Source: Utricularia gibba (Eukaryota; Plantae; Magnoliophyta). From it: a stretch of 64,000 nucleotides of DNA. Positions 1 through 13,292 of the stretch are shown here, piece by piece. Location of the stretch: assembly GCA_002189035.1 (NCBI GenBank), contig NEEC01000002.1, forward strand, positions 2,294,001-2,358,000, written 5' to 3'. The position numbers and the translations under genes are program-made. How positions within the stretch are numbered: the first letter of the stretch is position 1; each line of letters begins with the position of its first letter. The notes beneath the pieces were generated by a model that saw only the letters and a list, made by a program, of their open reading frames with translations, did no database searches and had not been told where the DNA came from.

Positions 1-429
1 GCCTGCATGGGACCCGTTGCGCGCGCCTTGGCAAAACCCAATGGGCTTTTTTGGGCAACCCCCACAACTGTACCTTAATTGTTAATGGGCTTTTAGGAGG
101 AGACCTTTTAGAGGCTCAATAACAATGGGGTGAAGTGGAGCCCACTCTCAGCAGGTACTTTGCTTGTTTTGACAACCTTACATAATAAAGTTTAATTAAT
201 TATATATTTAAATTATTTGTGCTTAAATAAATAAAAAATTACCTAGTGTTTTCTTCTGAATGTGATTTGAGAAACGCATCTACCAAACATGCATTATTCG
301 CAAAAATAGGTTTGTTTAAGTATTTAAATACTCCTTCCAACATGATATATCATTCTTTTGCACCAATGCAATATTGGGTATTACACTAGAAAAAGGGGGC
401 TGATGGAGTCAACAAAGATGGCATGCTCC

Positions 430-2747
430 TCATTTTTGGGAGCCCCAGTGCACCAAAATGGGGCTTTGTACTCTGTAATGGCTGCTCTTGTCCACCCATG
501 CCAGATACCCCTGGCTGTACATTTCATCATTGGCGCCTTGCGTGACTGTTTTCTTTGATACAAACCATGCTCTGTAAGTCAGAGTTTGATTTGTACTCTG
601 GAATCTAAGATGGGGAGGTGTGAGTTTTATGCTGACCCCCTCAAGTGCTGTTGTTTCCACTGAGTAGACAGAATTGGGGACTCCCACATTTGTCACCCTT
701 CTTTGCAGCATCTTTCTTGTCTCTCCATTGCTGAAGATGACAGAAAGTGAAGGATAGTTGAGGCTGAATCCCCTGTTCTTTAGCAGAATCTCATGGCAAC
801 TTATGCTCCTTTGTGTGATGCTGAGCCAAGTGAGCACAGGTGAGTTACATAATCTTCAGGTTTTCTGTCATAGATCAGCCCTGGGTCCATGGCTCTTCCA
901 GGATTCACATGTCCTGCTCCCATTGCCAGAACATCAGCTGGTTTGGTTCCATCCATTATGGGCTGTCCTCGATGATCTGTGGCATCTGCTGTTGTCATGA
1001 ATGCAGATTTTACAGCAGCCGGAGACCAGTGTGGATGAGACGAATGAACGAGAGCTGCTAGTCCACTGAGATGGGGGCAGGACATGGAAGTTCCAGACAT
1101 GACAGTGAAGTTAACTCTTCTAGTGTCTTCTGGAAGGCCGGTTGGCCCCAGATTCTGTGGCCATGCAGCTATAATGTTCACTCCTGGAGCAATCATGTCT
1201 GGTTTGAGCACTGAGGGGTCTGCGTAGCTCGGCCCTCTAGACGAAAACTGAGCTACTGCCGGTGCTCGTGCTTTTCCAATGGAAGTTCCTCCAAATATGA
1301 TCCTTGCTCTGGGAGCTGCAGTTCTGTTTATGTAACTCTTAAACTGAACAGATTCATCATATCCGATCATTGTTGCGGGCAGGATGTGCACATCCACAGA
1401 GTCTTCCTCCAGGTTTATCTCGGTGTTGGCAAGAATCATGGCAACTCCTCCGGCTTCCTTTACGGCCTGTCCTTTCTCAGCTCGGCCATTAACGCCCCTG
1501 TCACAGACAACCATCTTGCCCTGTACTTGAGCCCTTGGAAGTGATCCTCTTAGGCATAGTTCTCTCCCATGGTTGCCTCCTGATAAGTAGACCAACTCAA
1601 GTTCTGTTTCAGCTCCGGGAAGCCCGTTCCCTGGATACATGGATTCTCCATACAGAAGTTTGCCGTTTCTCAGCCGCACTACGGCTGCGAACCTTCTGTC
1701 AAGTGTGCTTGCACCAACAGTGGCTACCCATGGTGCTCCGTTGGTGACTGATCCGTGGGTTGGTCCATTGTTTCCGGCAGAACATATCACCGATATTCCA
1801 TGCTCCATTGCTCCAAAGCTTCTGGTGGCAATGATGTCCTCGTAGAGAGGCACAGGGAAACCACCCAGGGAAAGTGAGAGCACATCCACTCCATCAACAA
1901 TGGCGGCGTCCATTGCTGCAAGAATGTCTGAGCTGTAGCAGCCACTGAACCAACAGACCTTGTAGACTGCAATATGTGCGCCAGGGGCCATTCCTCTAGC
2001 CTCACCCTCTCCAAACCCAAAAACACTTGCTGCTTGAACCGGAGATCCCCCAGCCGTGGACGCCGTGTGGGTTCCATGGCCACGAGAATCGCGCGGTGAA
2101 TCATATTCATCAGGGGCCTTAGCTGTAGTTGCAGCCGAAGAAGCCACATTGTGGCCTCTGCTAAAGAACCTTGCACCAATGAGTTTCCTGTTGCAGCTTG
2201 AGGCAGGGAAGTGTTGGCCTTGCTGGCATATCCCTTTCCATTTCCTGGGAATAGGAGGAAAACCATGATCATTGAAGCTGGGACTCCCCGGCCAAACTCC
2301 GGTATCGAGAACTCCGATGATCGATCCTCGACCGAATGATGATCGAGTCCAAGCACCGTTCTCGCTCGTGGGGCTCAGCCCCAAGAACTTGTACGAGTAA
2401 GTAGTGTGAAGCTCAAGCCTCCTGTCTGGCCTCACGGACACAACTTGGTCAGACTTCCTCAACAGCTCAACCTCAGAGAGTGAAAGCTGCGCAGCAAAGC
2501 CTTCCATGACAGAGGTGTAGGAATACAAAAGCCTTGATGAAGCATTACATTCTTCTCTAGCAAACTCAGTGATCAAAGAGAGGTGCCATTGAAGCCTGGA
2601 ACCCACGTACCCGCGGGACACGGCGGCGTCTGGGTGAAGCTGAACAAGATATGTCTGTAGGGTATCTTCTGCATTTGAACAAAGCAAGAATCCTAGTGAA
2701 AAAATGGAGAAGAAAAAGAAGATGGGACGAATATCAGAAGGTCCCAT
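430..2747 (-). pseudogene. SDD1: Subtilisin-like protease SBT1.2/SDD1 orthologue, intronless, frameshifted near the C-terminus
   Basis: Signal peptide (MGPSDIRPIFFFF, ATG 2747), I9 prodomain, triad motifs GVLDTG / HGTHTAST / GTSMSCPH, and a PA domain with SDD1-like GVNGRAEKG..EEDSVDVH. The frame stops at 801-803. The Fn3-like tail (ITQRSISC..LNYPS..VTNVG..RVQSPI) continues in another frame to 430. Confidence 0.85.
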
Positions 2748-3236
2748 GGAGGGAGATGAGTTTTGAAAACTGCTTTTGGGATGTAGGAGTGGGGTATTTG
2801 AAGGAGCCATGCCATGGTTTGAAGAAGAAGACGCTGGCATGGCTCGTGAAGTGCAAGAGCTCTTCCTCACGAGCTTCTCCTACAAGGATAGCATTGGAGC
2901 CTTCAGTATTTAATGATATTTTTTCACGAGAAGCTTTTGCTGAACTTATTACTACACAATGCAATGCCATGCCAATACCCAGTTCATTTATTACTCTGTT
3001 GGCATCACGAATCGGAGGAACAGAGCGTAAATGGACTACTGGCTAACGCCCCTGAACCGGAAGCAATGCATTGTTCCTGTGCATCATCGAGTCATTCGTC
3101 ACAGATTAACAAAAAAACTGCAGTCAAATTTTGCTTTGGTAGATATATTCTGAAGGACAAACCAGAGGTTCAAGACGAAAAGATTACAAACCGAACAAAC
3201 GTCATTGCGAAAGTAACCAGACGAGCTTATCGAGCA

Positions 3237-5084
<1,848 letters not shown>

Positions 5085-5194
5085 TGACGGAGAAAAACGA
5101 ATACCACCGAAGTCCTATCCCAGAGTGCGCCTCCCCTTTCCAGTAACCGTAGAAGACACCAGAAACATAAAATGAAAGTGGATAATATGAAGCA

Positions 5195-5245
5195 ATTCAA
5201 TTGGGCCAAGCCCAATAAAGACTCATAGAGCCAGGCCCATAACCC
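5195..5245. promoter_or_regulatory. TCP site II (TGGGCY/GGCCCA) cluster upstream of GSNOR
   Basis: ttgggccaagcccaa and aggcccataaccca lie about 120-160 bp upstream of the GSNOR ATG. Confidence 0.5.
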
Positions 5246-7446
5246 ACCTCACCAAAATCCAGTTTCTTCTTTTTTTTATTATTATTTTATAATATGGTTC
5301 AATTAACCGATAAATCAATAAATAAAATGATTAATTCACAAATAGAAAATCAACCAATTTTCAATATTCACTTTATTCGAAATTAAATCCGAAATCAGAT
5401 GTTGATTCGAGTGGTGGTGGAGACTAAAATGCGCAGGCGGGGGGATGGTCCCGCGGTTGGGCCTCACGCAGTCTCCACTTCTGCCAGCTTCACGTGAAAT
5501 CTTAATTACAGCAACTGTGTGTACGACCTTTTATTTTATAATATTAAAATATTTAAGGACACGTACAAACGTCACCTCCAAACGGCTGTCCTAAATCATT
5601 ATTCCAATATTTTCTTATTTTTTAATTATTCACGGCCCGGAACCCATCATCAGGACTCCTTTCTTGGTGTTTTTTTATTCATTATTTCCCTTGTGGGGGC
5701 CACAAATTCAAATTCAACAAATAAAATTGTTATTTACACACAAAACAAGCCGGCTTCATTTTCTAAATACGACTGAATGAATCTCCATCAGCCGATAGAG
5801 ACGTCATTAATAATATAAATATATTTAATATTATAAAAACATGGGTTGTTGATATTACTTGTTGGAGTTGGATTTTGCGAGACAAGTGGGAGGTTATTTT
5901 CGGTGTTGGTTGTAAATTCTGGGAATTGAGTATTAAAGCAAGACGCATATCAAGAAATGGGAATGGATGGCTCCACATCATCATCCCATCATCATTCCAT
6001 TAATGGCATGAATGCGATGGGATATATCACATGACTCATCATTGCCAACTGCACCACCATTATGAAAAGTCTCCATACTCCCCCATATCTATTATACTTA
6101 AATATGTACCTCGCACGGAATATAATATTAAAAAAAACAAAGAAGGAGATTATGGGGTGTTTTAAAAAAATACCCTGTACATTTCTCTCTCTCACACACC
6201 AATTCTTTTTTTTTCACAGGTATTTTTTTAACACACTAATTTCACAGTGGATATTTTTTTAAAAAAACCCAAAGATTATGGGAGTAAAATTCATTCACTC
6301 CTACTTATTACTAACTAGGGCCCATTATGTAATTTGAATATAGAATAATATTATGTAAATAGAATCAATTTGAAATCATAAAAGTGTTTTGAGTAATACT
6401 ATAAAATTATGTTATAAAGTTTAACATAATAAATTATTAGAATAGATAAAAAATGAATAATATTTTTTAATAAATTTATTATATAATTATGAAAACTGGG
6501 ATTCAATAAATTTAATAATTTCTTAAATTAATTATAGAATCTGAATTTTTAATTTTACTATAAAATTATTAATGATTGGAATTACTTATAATTAAATAAA
6601 ATCATTTCAAAAAATATTTAAATAGAAAAAAAACCCTAATTTTGATTTTGAAAAAAAAAAGGGATAAACGGTTGAAATATAAGAATCCTATCAATTTTTT
6701 ATGAGATTATTTTCAGAAAAAAAAACGTAAAATAATAAAAATTTGAAATTCAAAATAGACCTGTTGCACAGAATAAGCATGAGGTGGGTTATTGTCAGGA
6801 TCGACAAATTGTCAATTTTGGTTTCGGAAATCATGAATTTATGATGATCGCAAGGTACAATTTGGTGCGGTAATAAAAATATAGCTTGGGATGGAAGTAA
6901 AGGTCGCCCATGGGGTACGTGGAATTAATGTTACAAGCTGTACATATGAGTTAAATGCTACGGGGTTGTCACACATTTAGCCATTTTGGAAGGGAAATTC
7001 CATTTTGATTTTAGAAACAATAATTATTCTAGAAAATGTCAAAGCAAAATTATGAATCAGGAAATAAATAATCCGTACACAACACACAATTTTAAAACCT
7101 AAAAATCATTATTATATTATATGATATATTTTAAAATAATTTAAATTTAACCCGGATGAGGGAAGGGATGCTTTTAAATTACATTCTTTTAACAGCAGGC
7201 CTGACACGTCATCCGGCTGGATTTTAATCCGGACGATACGTCGTCGTTCATGTTTTTATTTAATTAATATGTATTAAAAGGAAGGGATGGGGTGTGGGGG
7301 CCACAGCGTTCTTTTTCATCCGGATTTGGTAGTAAATCCCTCACTCGGTTAAAAATTGTGGGCGGCCAGAGGGCGGATGGCGATGTGCGGTACCAAAAAA
7401 TGCCGCCGGGCGTATCCGTGTCCGCCTACGCATGTGTCGTTTTAGC

Positions 7447-7500
7447 ATCGAAATTGTATCGGAATCGGAATCAAAATCGAAATCGAAATCGAAATTCGAC
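7447..7500. repeat. Degenerate hexamer tandem repeat (AATCGR)n
   Basis: atcgaaattgtatcggaatcggaatcaaaatcgaaatcgaaatcgaaattcga. Confidence 0.7.
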
Positions 7501-9530
7501 TCGTCTGTAGCGGAGATACTGTGTGCATACCATCAAAGGGGGTTGGATTTATTCTAGGAAACTCTGCGAACTAACAAAGCGAATGGTCCAAAGTCACGTT
7601 GTCATGGTATGTGGTGTGGTCCTAGACGAGGTAGTGGACCTGGGAAGGGGGTAAAATGGGGAATTCACGTGTCGGCTTCAGGCATCGCCTCTCTCCTTCC
7701 CTCCAAGAAGCTGGAAGACGCGTCAGGTCGAGGGTGGCTGGTGATTGTGCGGATCCGATTTGGAGAATGTTTCCTCTTTTGTCGTCTTCTGTCTATACGG
7801 GTTACCGAGGGGGGGGGGGGGGGGCGCCATTTGATTGATAAATAGAATTCAAATAATAAGTTTTAATTTACAAAAATGACAAATATGTTTTGTGAAAAAA
7901 GAATTATTTTCCATATGTTTTATAATTGAATTGACTAATAAAATAATATTTTTTTTTTTAATATAAATTCTCTGATTGAATTTCTTCTTTTTTTTAGTGT
8001 CGTCGAATATCAAATTTGTTGGACACACTATAATGAGCCATTGATTATAGACAAACTATGTATCGACAAAAAATATGGATTAAAATTCATAATATAAAGA
8101 ATTTTTTTTGGAATATAGAAGATATTATTATATTTTAAATCATGTGATTAACTCAATTTATTTAATAAGTGAATTCATGTTTCTAAAATAAGTAGCTTAA
8201 AAAAGATATTCTAATAACCAATTTAAATCACTAAATGTATATTCTTAGTAAACAAATAATTTTTTAATATTCTATAAAAAGAGTATTCAGTGATTAAAAA
8301 TGAGTAATTTTTATGCATTGGTGAATTTAAATACATAAAATTTAATAACACAAAATATTATAAAGTTTAATATATTAATTTATTTTATAATGTAGGAGTA
8401 TAATTTTTAATTAATATCGTATTTAATCATAAAAACATAAATTCAAAATATTTAATAATTTATGAAATTAATCATGAAATATGAATTTATAATTCTAATA
8501 CAGAATTATTAAAGATTAGAATTTTAAAAAATTAATATAATCAATTCAATAAAGTATATACACCAAACAAGCTCATGATTATACCACTGAATTTGAGTCA
8601 AAGTAATGACAAACAAATCAATGTATCATTTATCAAATTAGGTTTTAAAAAGTCAATACATGTTCATCTGGGGTAGGCCCACAAACCCACGTGCCTTTAA
8701 GGCGGCGGGGCCCGCATTCACATTTCAGCCAATGGGCACTCACTCACACAGGATGTCAATTTTCGCGTTCCTATACTGCCTAAATTTCTTGCCATTTAAT
8801 ATTTGTAAAATTATCATTCCAGTGTATAAATATTTTAAAATTGGATTGAACCATTTGTCGTTTAATCATGCATTCAACGCAATATTTTTTTAATAATATT
8901 TTAAAATAAAATAAAAGGATATTGTTGAAATGCAATCTGATAAAATACAAGAAGTGGAATGCGCGTTGGGGATGGGATAGGAAAAGGATGTGAAGATGTA
9001 ACTCAAAGGGAATGATTAATTAAATGATATCTGGGAGGGAAGGGATGGGACGGGACTTGGGAGCGAGCGAGGGAGGGAGGGAGCCTGGAACCAGGCAGAG
9101 GCCTCCGGGTCTGATAAGGACGTACGGTGGGGTGTGTGGCAGCAGATTGCAGCTGCAAACGCACATGTAAATTGAAATGCAAATCCCGAAAATTTCAGTA
9201 AATGCAGATCGCAGGCGGATGGCATGGCATGGGATGCCAGAAAGGGGGGACTCGGGCGAAGGCCACGACACTGGCACCGCGGATACGCCGACGCGCCCAC
9301 CACGTGCCTCCCTACTCCACCGCCATCCCCACCCCCGCCCCCCAGGTACCCCCCAACACCACCAAAATATCCATAAAAACACTCTTATCAACAACCATTG
9401 GCCTCACTTACGTTATCTCATATTGCTTATGAATAACATAAAATATGTGTTTCTTTAAATATATGTATTCTCCTAATTTTGCATAAAAACTTTTTTTTCA
9501 AAATAAGAGAACGCAAAATCATGATTATTA

Positions 9531-9782
9531 GGACTTGTTTAATATGAAGGTATAAGATTGTATTATGATGAGTTTGATAAAATTGTATTGTTTGATATAC
9601 ATGTATAATTATATCATATATATAGATATAATAATGATTATAACCATATAATATCTTCATATATAGGTATATATATATACCCAAGAGCAAATATGATTAT
9701 TTTTATATCCACATATTTGAGTTTATTTAACTCCAATTAATTTAAATCCACCAATATCTAAACATACTAACCAAACAAACTC
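9531..9782. mobile_element. Tourist-like (PIF/Harbinger) MITE, old
   Basis: Imperfect termini GGACTTGTTTAAT and rc GAGTTTGTTTGGTT, with TTA at 9528-9530 and 9783-9785 and an AT-rich interior. Confidence 0.45.
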
Positions 9783-10422
9783 TTAGTGTTTTAAATAAGC
9801 AATATCTTACAATATAATTTTTTTAATTTTTTTGGGGATTTTGGCTTATAAAAAAGAAAATATTTTCGAAATATTTTTATCTCAATCTGAAATTTGATTA
9901 TTTTTTCGATTATATTTTAAAAATATTTCTTTCTAATAAAATATTTTAAAATCAATTTTATTATAAAACATAATTAATTTCTATTTCAAAAAACTCCAAA
10001 ATTTAAAACTGTTGCATAGTTTTAATGTATATTTCATCATAAACAATAATTTTGATCGTGAAAAAATAATTTTATTATCAAATATGAATAATTTATATTT
10101 AAAAAATAGAAATATTTTGAATTTTTATTTATGAATCGTTAATCCAAGTCACTAATGGTGCTTAAGTGTAGGGTTATGTACTAACGAGGAATTAGAATGA
10201 GGTCGCGGTCTGGATGCGTCCCCACGGTCCATCACATGGACCTTTCCATGAGCCAGAAGAATGGTTAGTGGCTGCAACTTGCTTACCTTCGGGGTCTATA
10301 TAAACCGCCCGTACACCATCTTCTTCCTCATTCTCAGACCAAACAAAAAAGAAACTCACAGAGATAACAGATTTTTTTTTTTTTTTTTCCTCTGGGGAAG
10401 AAGAAAGGGAAAAGGAAGAAAA

Positions 10423-11737
10423 ATGCTTGGGTTCGAGGAAGGCGTCGGGTTCCGCAGATGTGTGTGGGTTAACGGGCCAGTCATCGTCGGGCTGGGCCGT
10501 CGGGGCTGGCGGTGGCGGCAGGACTGAAGGAGCACGGGGTGCCGTTTGTGATCCTGGAGCGCTCAAACTGCATTGCCTCTCTGTGGCAGAACAAGACTTA
10601 TGATCGATTGAAGCTTCATCTTCCCAAGAAATTCTGTGAGCTCCCTGGAATTCCGTTCCCGAGTGATTACCCTGAGTACCCTTCCAAGAGGCAGTTCATC
10701 GAATACCTGGAGGGCTACGCGAAGCACTTCGATATCAATCCTCGGTTCAACGAGTGTGTTGAGTCGGCCAAGTTCGACGAGGCGTGTAATCTGTGGCGGG
10801 TGAAGACTGTTTCCCCAGACGGCGGTATGGCGGAGTATATCTGCCAGCAACTGGTGGTGGCCACCGGTGAGAATGCCGATCCATTGATGCCGGAGATTGA
10901 GGGGTTGAATGAATTCGATGGGGAAGTGATCCACGCCTGCGATTACAGGAACGGCGAAAGATACAGGGGGAAGAAAGTTCTAGTAGTCGGGTGCGGGAAC
11001 TCCGGCATGGAGCTTTCTCTCGATCTCTGCATCCATGACGCGAAACCCGCCATGGTTGTCCGCAGCTCGGTGAGTACATATTTTCCCATATCCCAATACC
11101 TTTCATCCCCTAAACCATCAAAATCTCTAATGGGTTTTTGCTTCTTCCTCTTCAGGTTCACGTACTGCCCAGAGAAATCTTTGGGAAATCGACCTTCGAA
11201 ACAGCTGTGCTCTTCCTCAGATGGCTTCCCATATGGCTTGTAGACAAGATACTGCTTGCTCTGGCATGGATTATCCTCGGAAACGTCGAAAAATACGGTC
11301 TTAAACGCTCCCCAATCGGCCCACTGGAGCTCAAGAACACCCAAGGAAAGACCCCTGTCCTCGACATCGGCGCCCTGCAAAGAATCAAATCCGGGGAAAT
11401 CCAAATCGTCCCCGGAATAAAAAAGCTTTCTCCAGGGGTCGCAGAGTTCACCAACGGCGAAAAGATCAAAATCGACGCGGTGGTTCTCGCCACCGGGTAC
11501 CGCAGCAACGTCCCCTACTGGCTACAAGAAGCAGACTTCTTCACAGAAAACGGCTTCCCAAGATCCCCATTTCCAAACGGATGGAAAGGAAAAGATGGAC
11601 TTTACGCCGCCGGGTTCACTCGGAGAGGAATCGCCGGTGCATCTGCTGATGCGGTGAAAATATCACAAGACATCGTTTCAGTCTGGAAGAATGGCCTGAA
11701 GCAGCAGAAGGGGCGTCGACAAATCGCAACACTGTGA
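10423..11737 (+). CDS. YUC: YUCCA flavin monooxygenase (auxin biosynthesis), YUC5/8/9-like; one apparent -1 frameshift
   Basis: [13 protein letters not shown][AGPSGLAV]AAGLKE; adding one G at 10489-10491 restores the GxGxxG motif. Also [32 protein letters not shown] and LATGY. Intron 11070-11155, stop 11737. Confidence 0.93.
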
Positions 11738-12114
11738 TGCACACTTCTGCCGATTCATTCCCCCATTTTTGTTCATACCACATAAGCAGATAGCATTAAG
11801 ATAGTTCTTCATTAGACAGAGCTTAGCTATGTTAACCTCTCCCTGTACTCTCCGGCGAGTTTTTGAATTTTCGCCTGTAAATCGAAACAAGTTCGTTCTT
11901 TTGGGTTTTCCTCAAGTCGGGTTGGATTGCTTACTCTTTCTGGAAGGAGCAAGTTGGTGCTGCTTCCCCATCTCCAGCGGTCCCGTATCTTATCACCGCG
12001 ACGGAAACCGAAAGGACCAATCAGCGGAGCTGCTGGATCTCTTTTCCCAGAAAAAGCAGGGGATATTGTATAAAAAGGAGAAATATCGGGCTTATTAGCG
12101 AATAATGAGAAGTT

Positions 12115-12270
12115 ATGTGGGCCAATTGTACAATAAACAAATAATGGGAGGCCCAATTTAAATACTCTGGCGGGCCTCCAGTGGGTGGGTTGGGGCCCAT
12201 ATATGCTTTAAAAATAATAGGACTGGGCCCAGAAGGGCCACATACTGCAGTTAGTTATAACTGGGCCGGC
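12115..12270. promoter_or_regulatory. Dense TCP site II cluster
   Basis: At least 6 GGCCCA/TGGGCC-type motifs in about 150 bp. Confidence 0.5.
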
Positions 12271-13292
12271 CTGATAATATTTTCTTTTTTACTTGTTAAA
12301 TTAACTTTTTATTTTTAATTAACCACTGTTTTCAAATCGAGGTTAGATTTAATTCAATTCAAATCCATTATTAATTGAATAATTAAATAATTATTTTTGA
12401 ATGATTTTAAAAAGAGCTCGATCTAAAAAAGAATATAAAGACTTTAGAATGAATTTCACATTAATTACGGACAAGATAAAGAAATAATTTATATAAAATT
12501 ATTTTTTCTATTTTTATGCAAGGTATTTTTTTTAGGATGAAAAGAATATAAAGATATGAAATTTGAATATTCGAATCAGATAATATTGTAGAATGTGATA
12601 ATGATATAATGAAATAATATATTATAAAAAGGGTACTAAATGGAGAATGAAGCAGACCCTCATATTAACATGTCTATGAACCTACTGCTCTACCTATTCA
12701 CGTTACCCTGTCCCTTCTAAACCGTTTGATGAATCACGTGAGCCACGCTGGGGAATTATAATAGCATAGGGTGGGGAGGGCTTTCTCCATTTGTATATTA
12801 AAAATTATTTTTATAAATTAACAAAAAAACAAAAGAGAAAAAAAAAATGCTGAAGTTCGCAGCACGGTGAGCGCATTCCCTTGCCGGTACCGTCTCAGCC
12901 GCTACTCGTCACGGCGGAATGTATCCCCGCCGGTGGGTTTTCTTTGAGCAGGTTTTTGAAAGGTAGAAAGAGGCTACTTTTACGGCTCCGATGTGTTGAA
13001 ACATTCATTTCGTGGGCTGTATGTGAAATTGCGTAATTTTGGAGGCAATTTTTTGTAGTCGGCATTGCTTTTTTTTTTTTGTTTTCTGGAGGTGAGGAAA
13101 CTGAGGGGATCTTCGTTTCTGTTGTATTGAAGGCTGGGCGAAAATGTGCTTTTCTGTGTCGTCGATGAAAATTGCTTTTCTTGGAGTTGTAGGTATTATG
13201 CTTTTTAATGGCGGATGGAGCTGATTCTTGTTTGTAATTTCAGAAATTGACTGAGTATTGAGTACACTGATTTAGCCACTGACGTGTTTGAG

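Noticed and set aside
6790-6975. LTR-terminus-like GGGGTTGTCACA
   Set aside because: No partner LTR, TSD, PBS or retro-ORF could be found.
9075-9100. Short hairpin gcctggaaccaggc resembling miR160 complement
   Set aside because: It matches only part of miR160 and has no extended precursor fold.
10489-10491. YUCCA, TRM, CalS3 and GeBP called as pseudogenes
   Set aside because: Each lesion is a single-base loss in a G/C run within highly conserved sequence, best explained as consensus error.
12040-12130. USE-like GGCCCACATAA plus TATA suggesting an snRNA gene
   Set aside because: The USE deviates from RTCCCACATCG, the spacing is off, and the downstream sequence matches no U1-U6, U3, 7SL or MRP start that I know.
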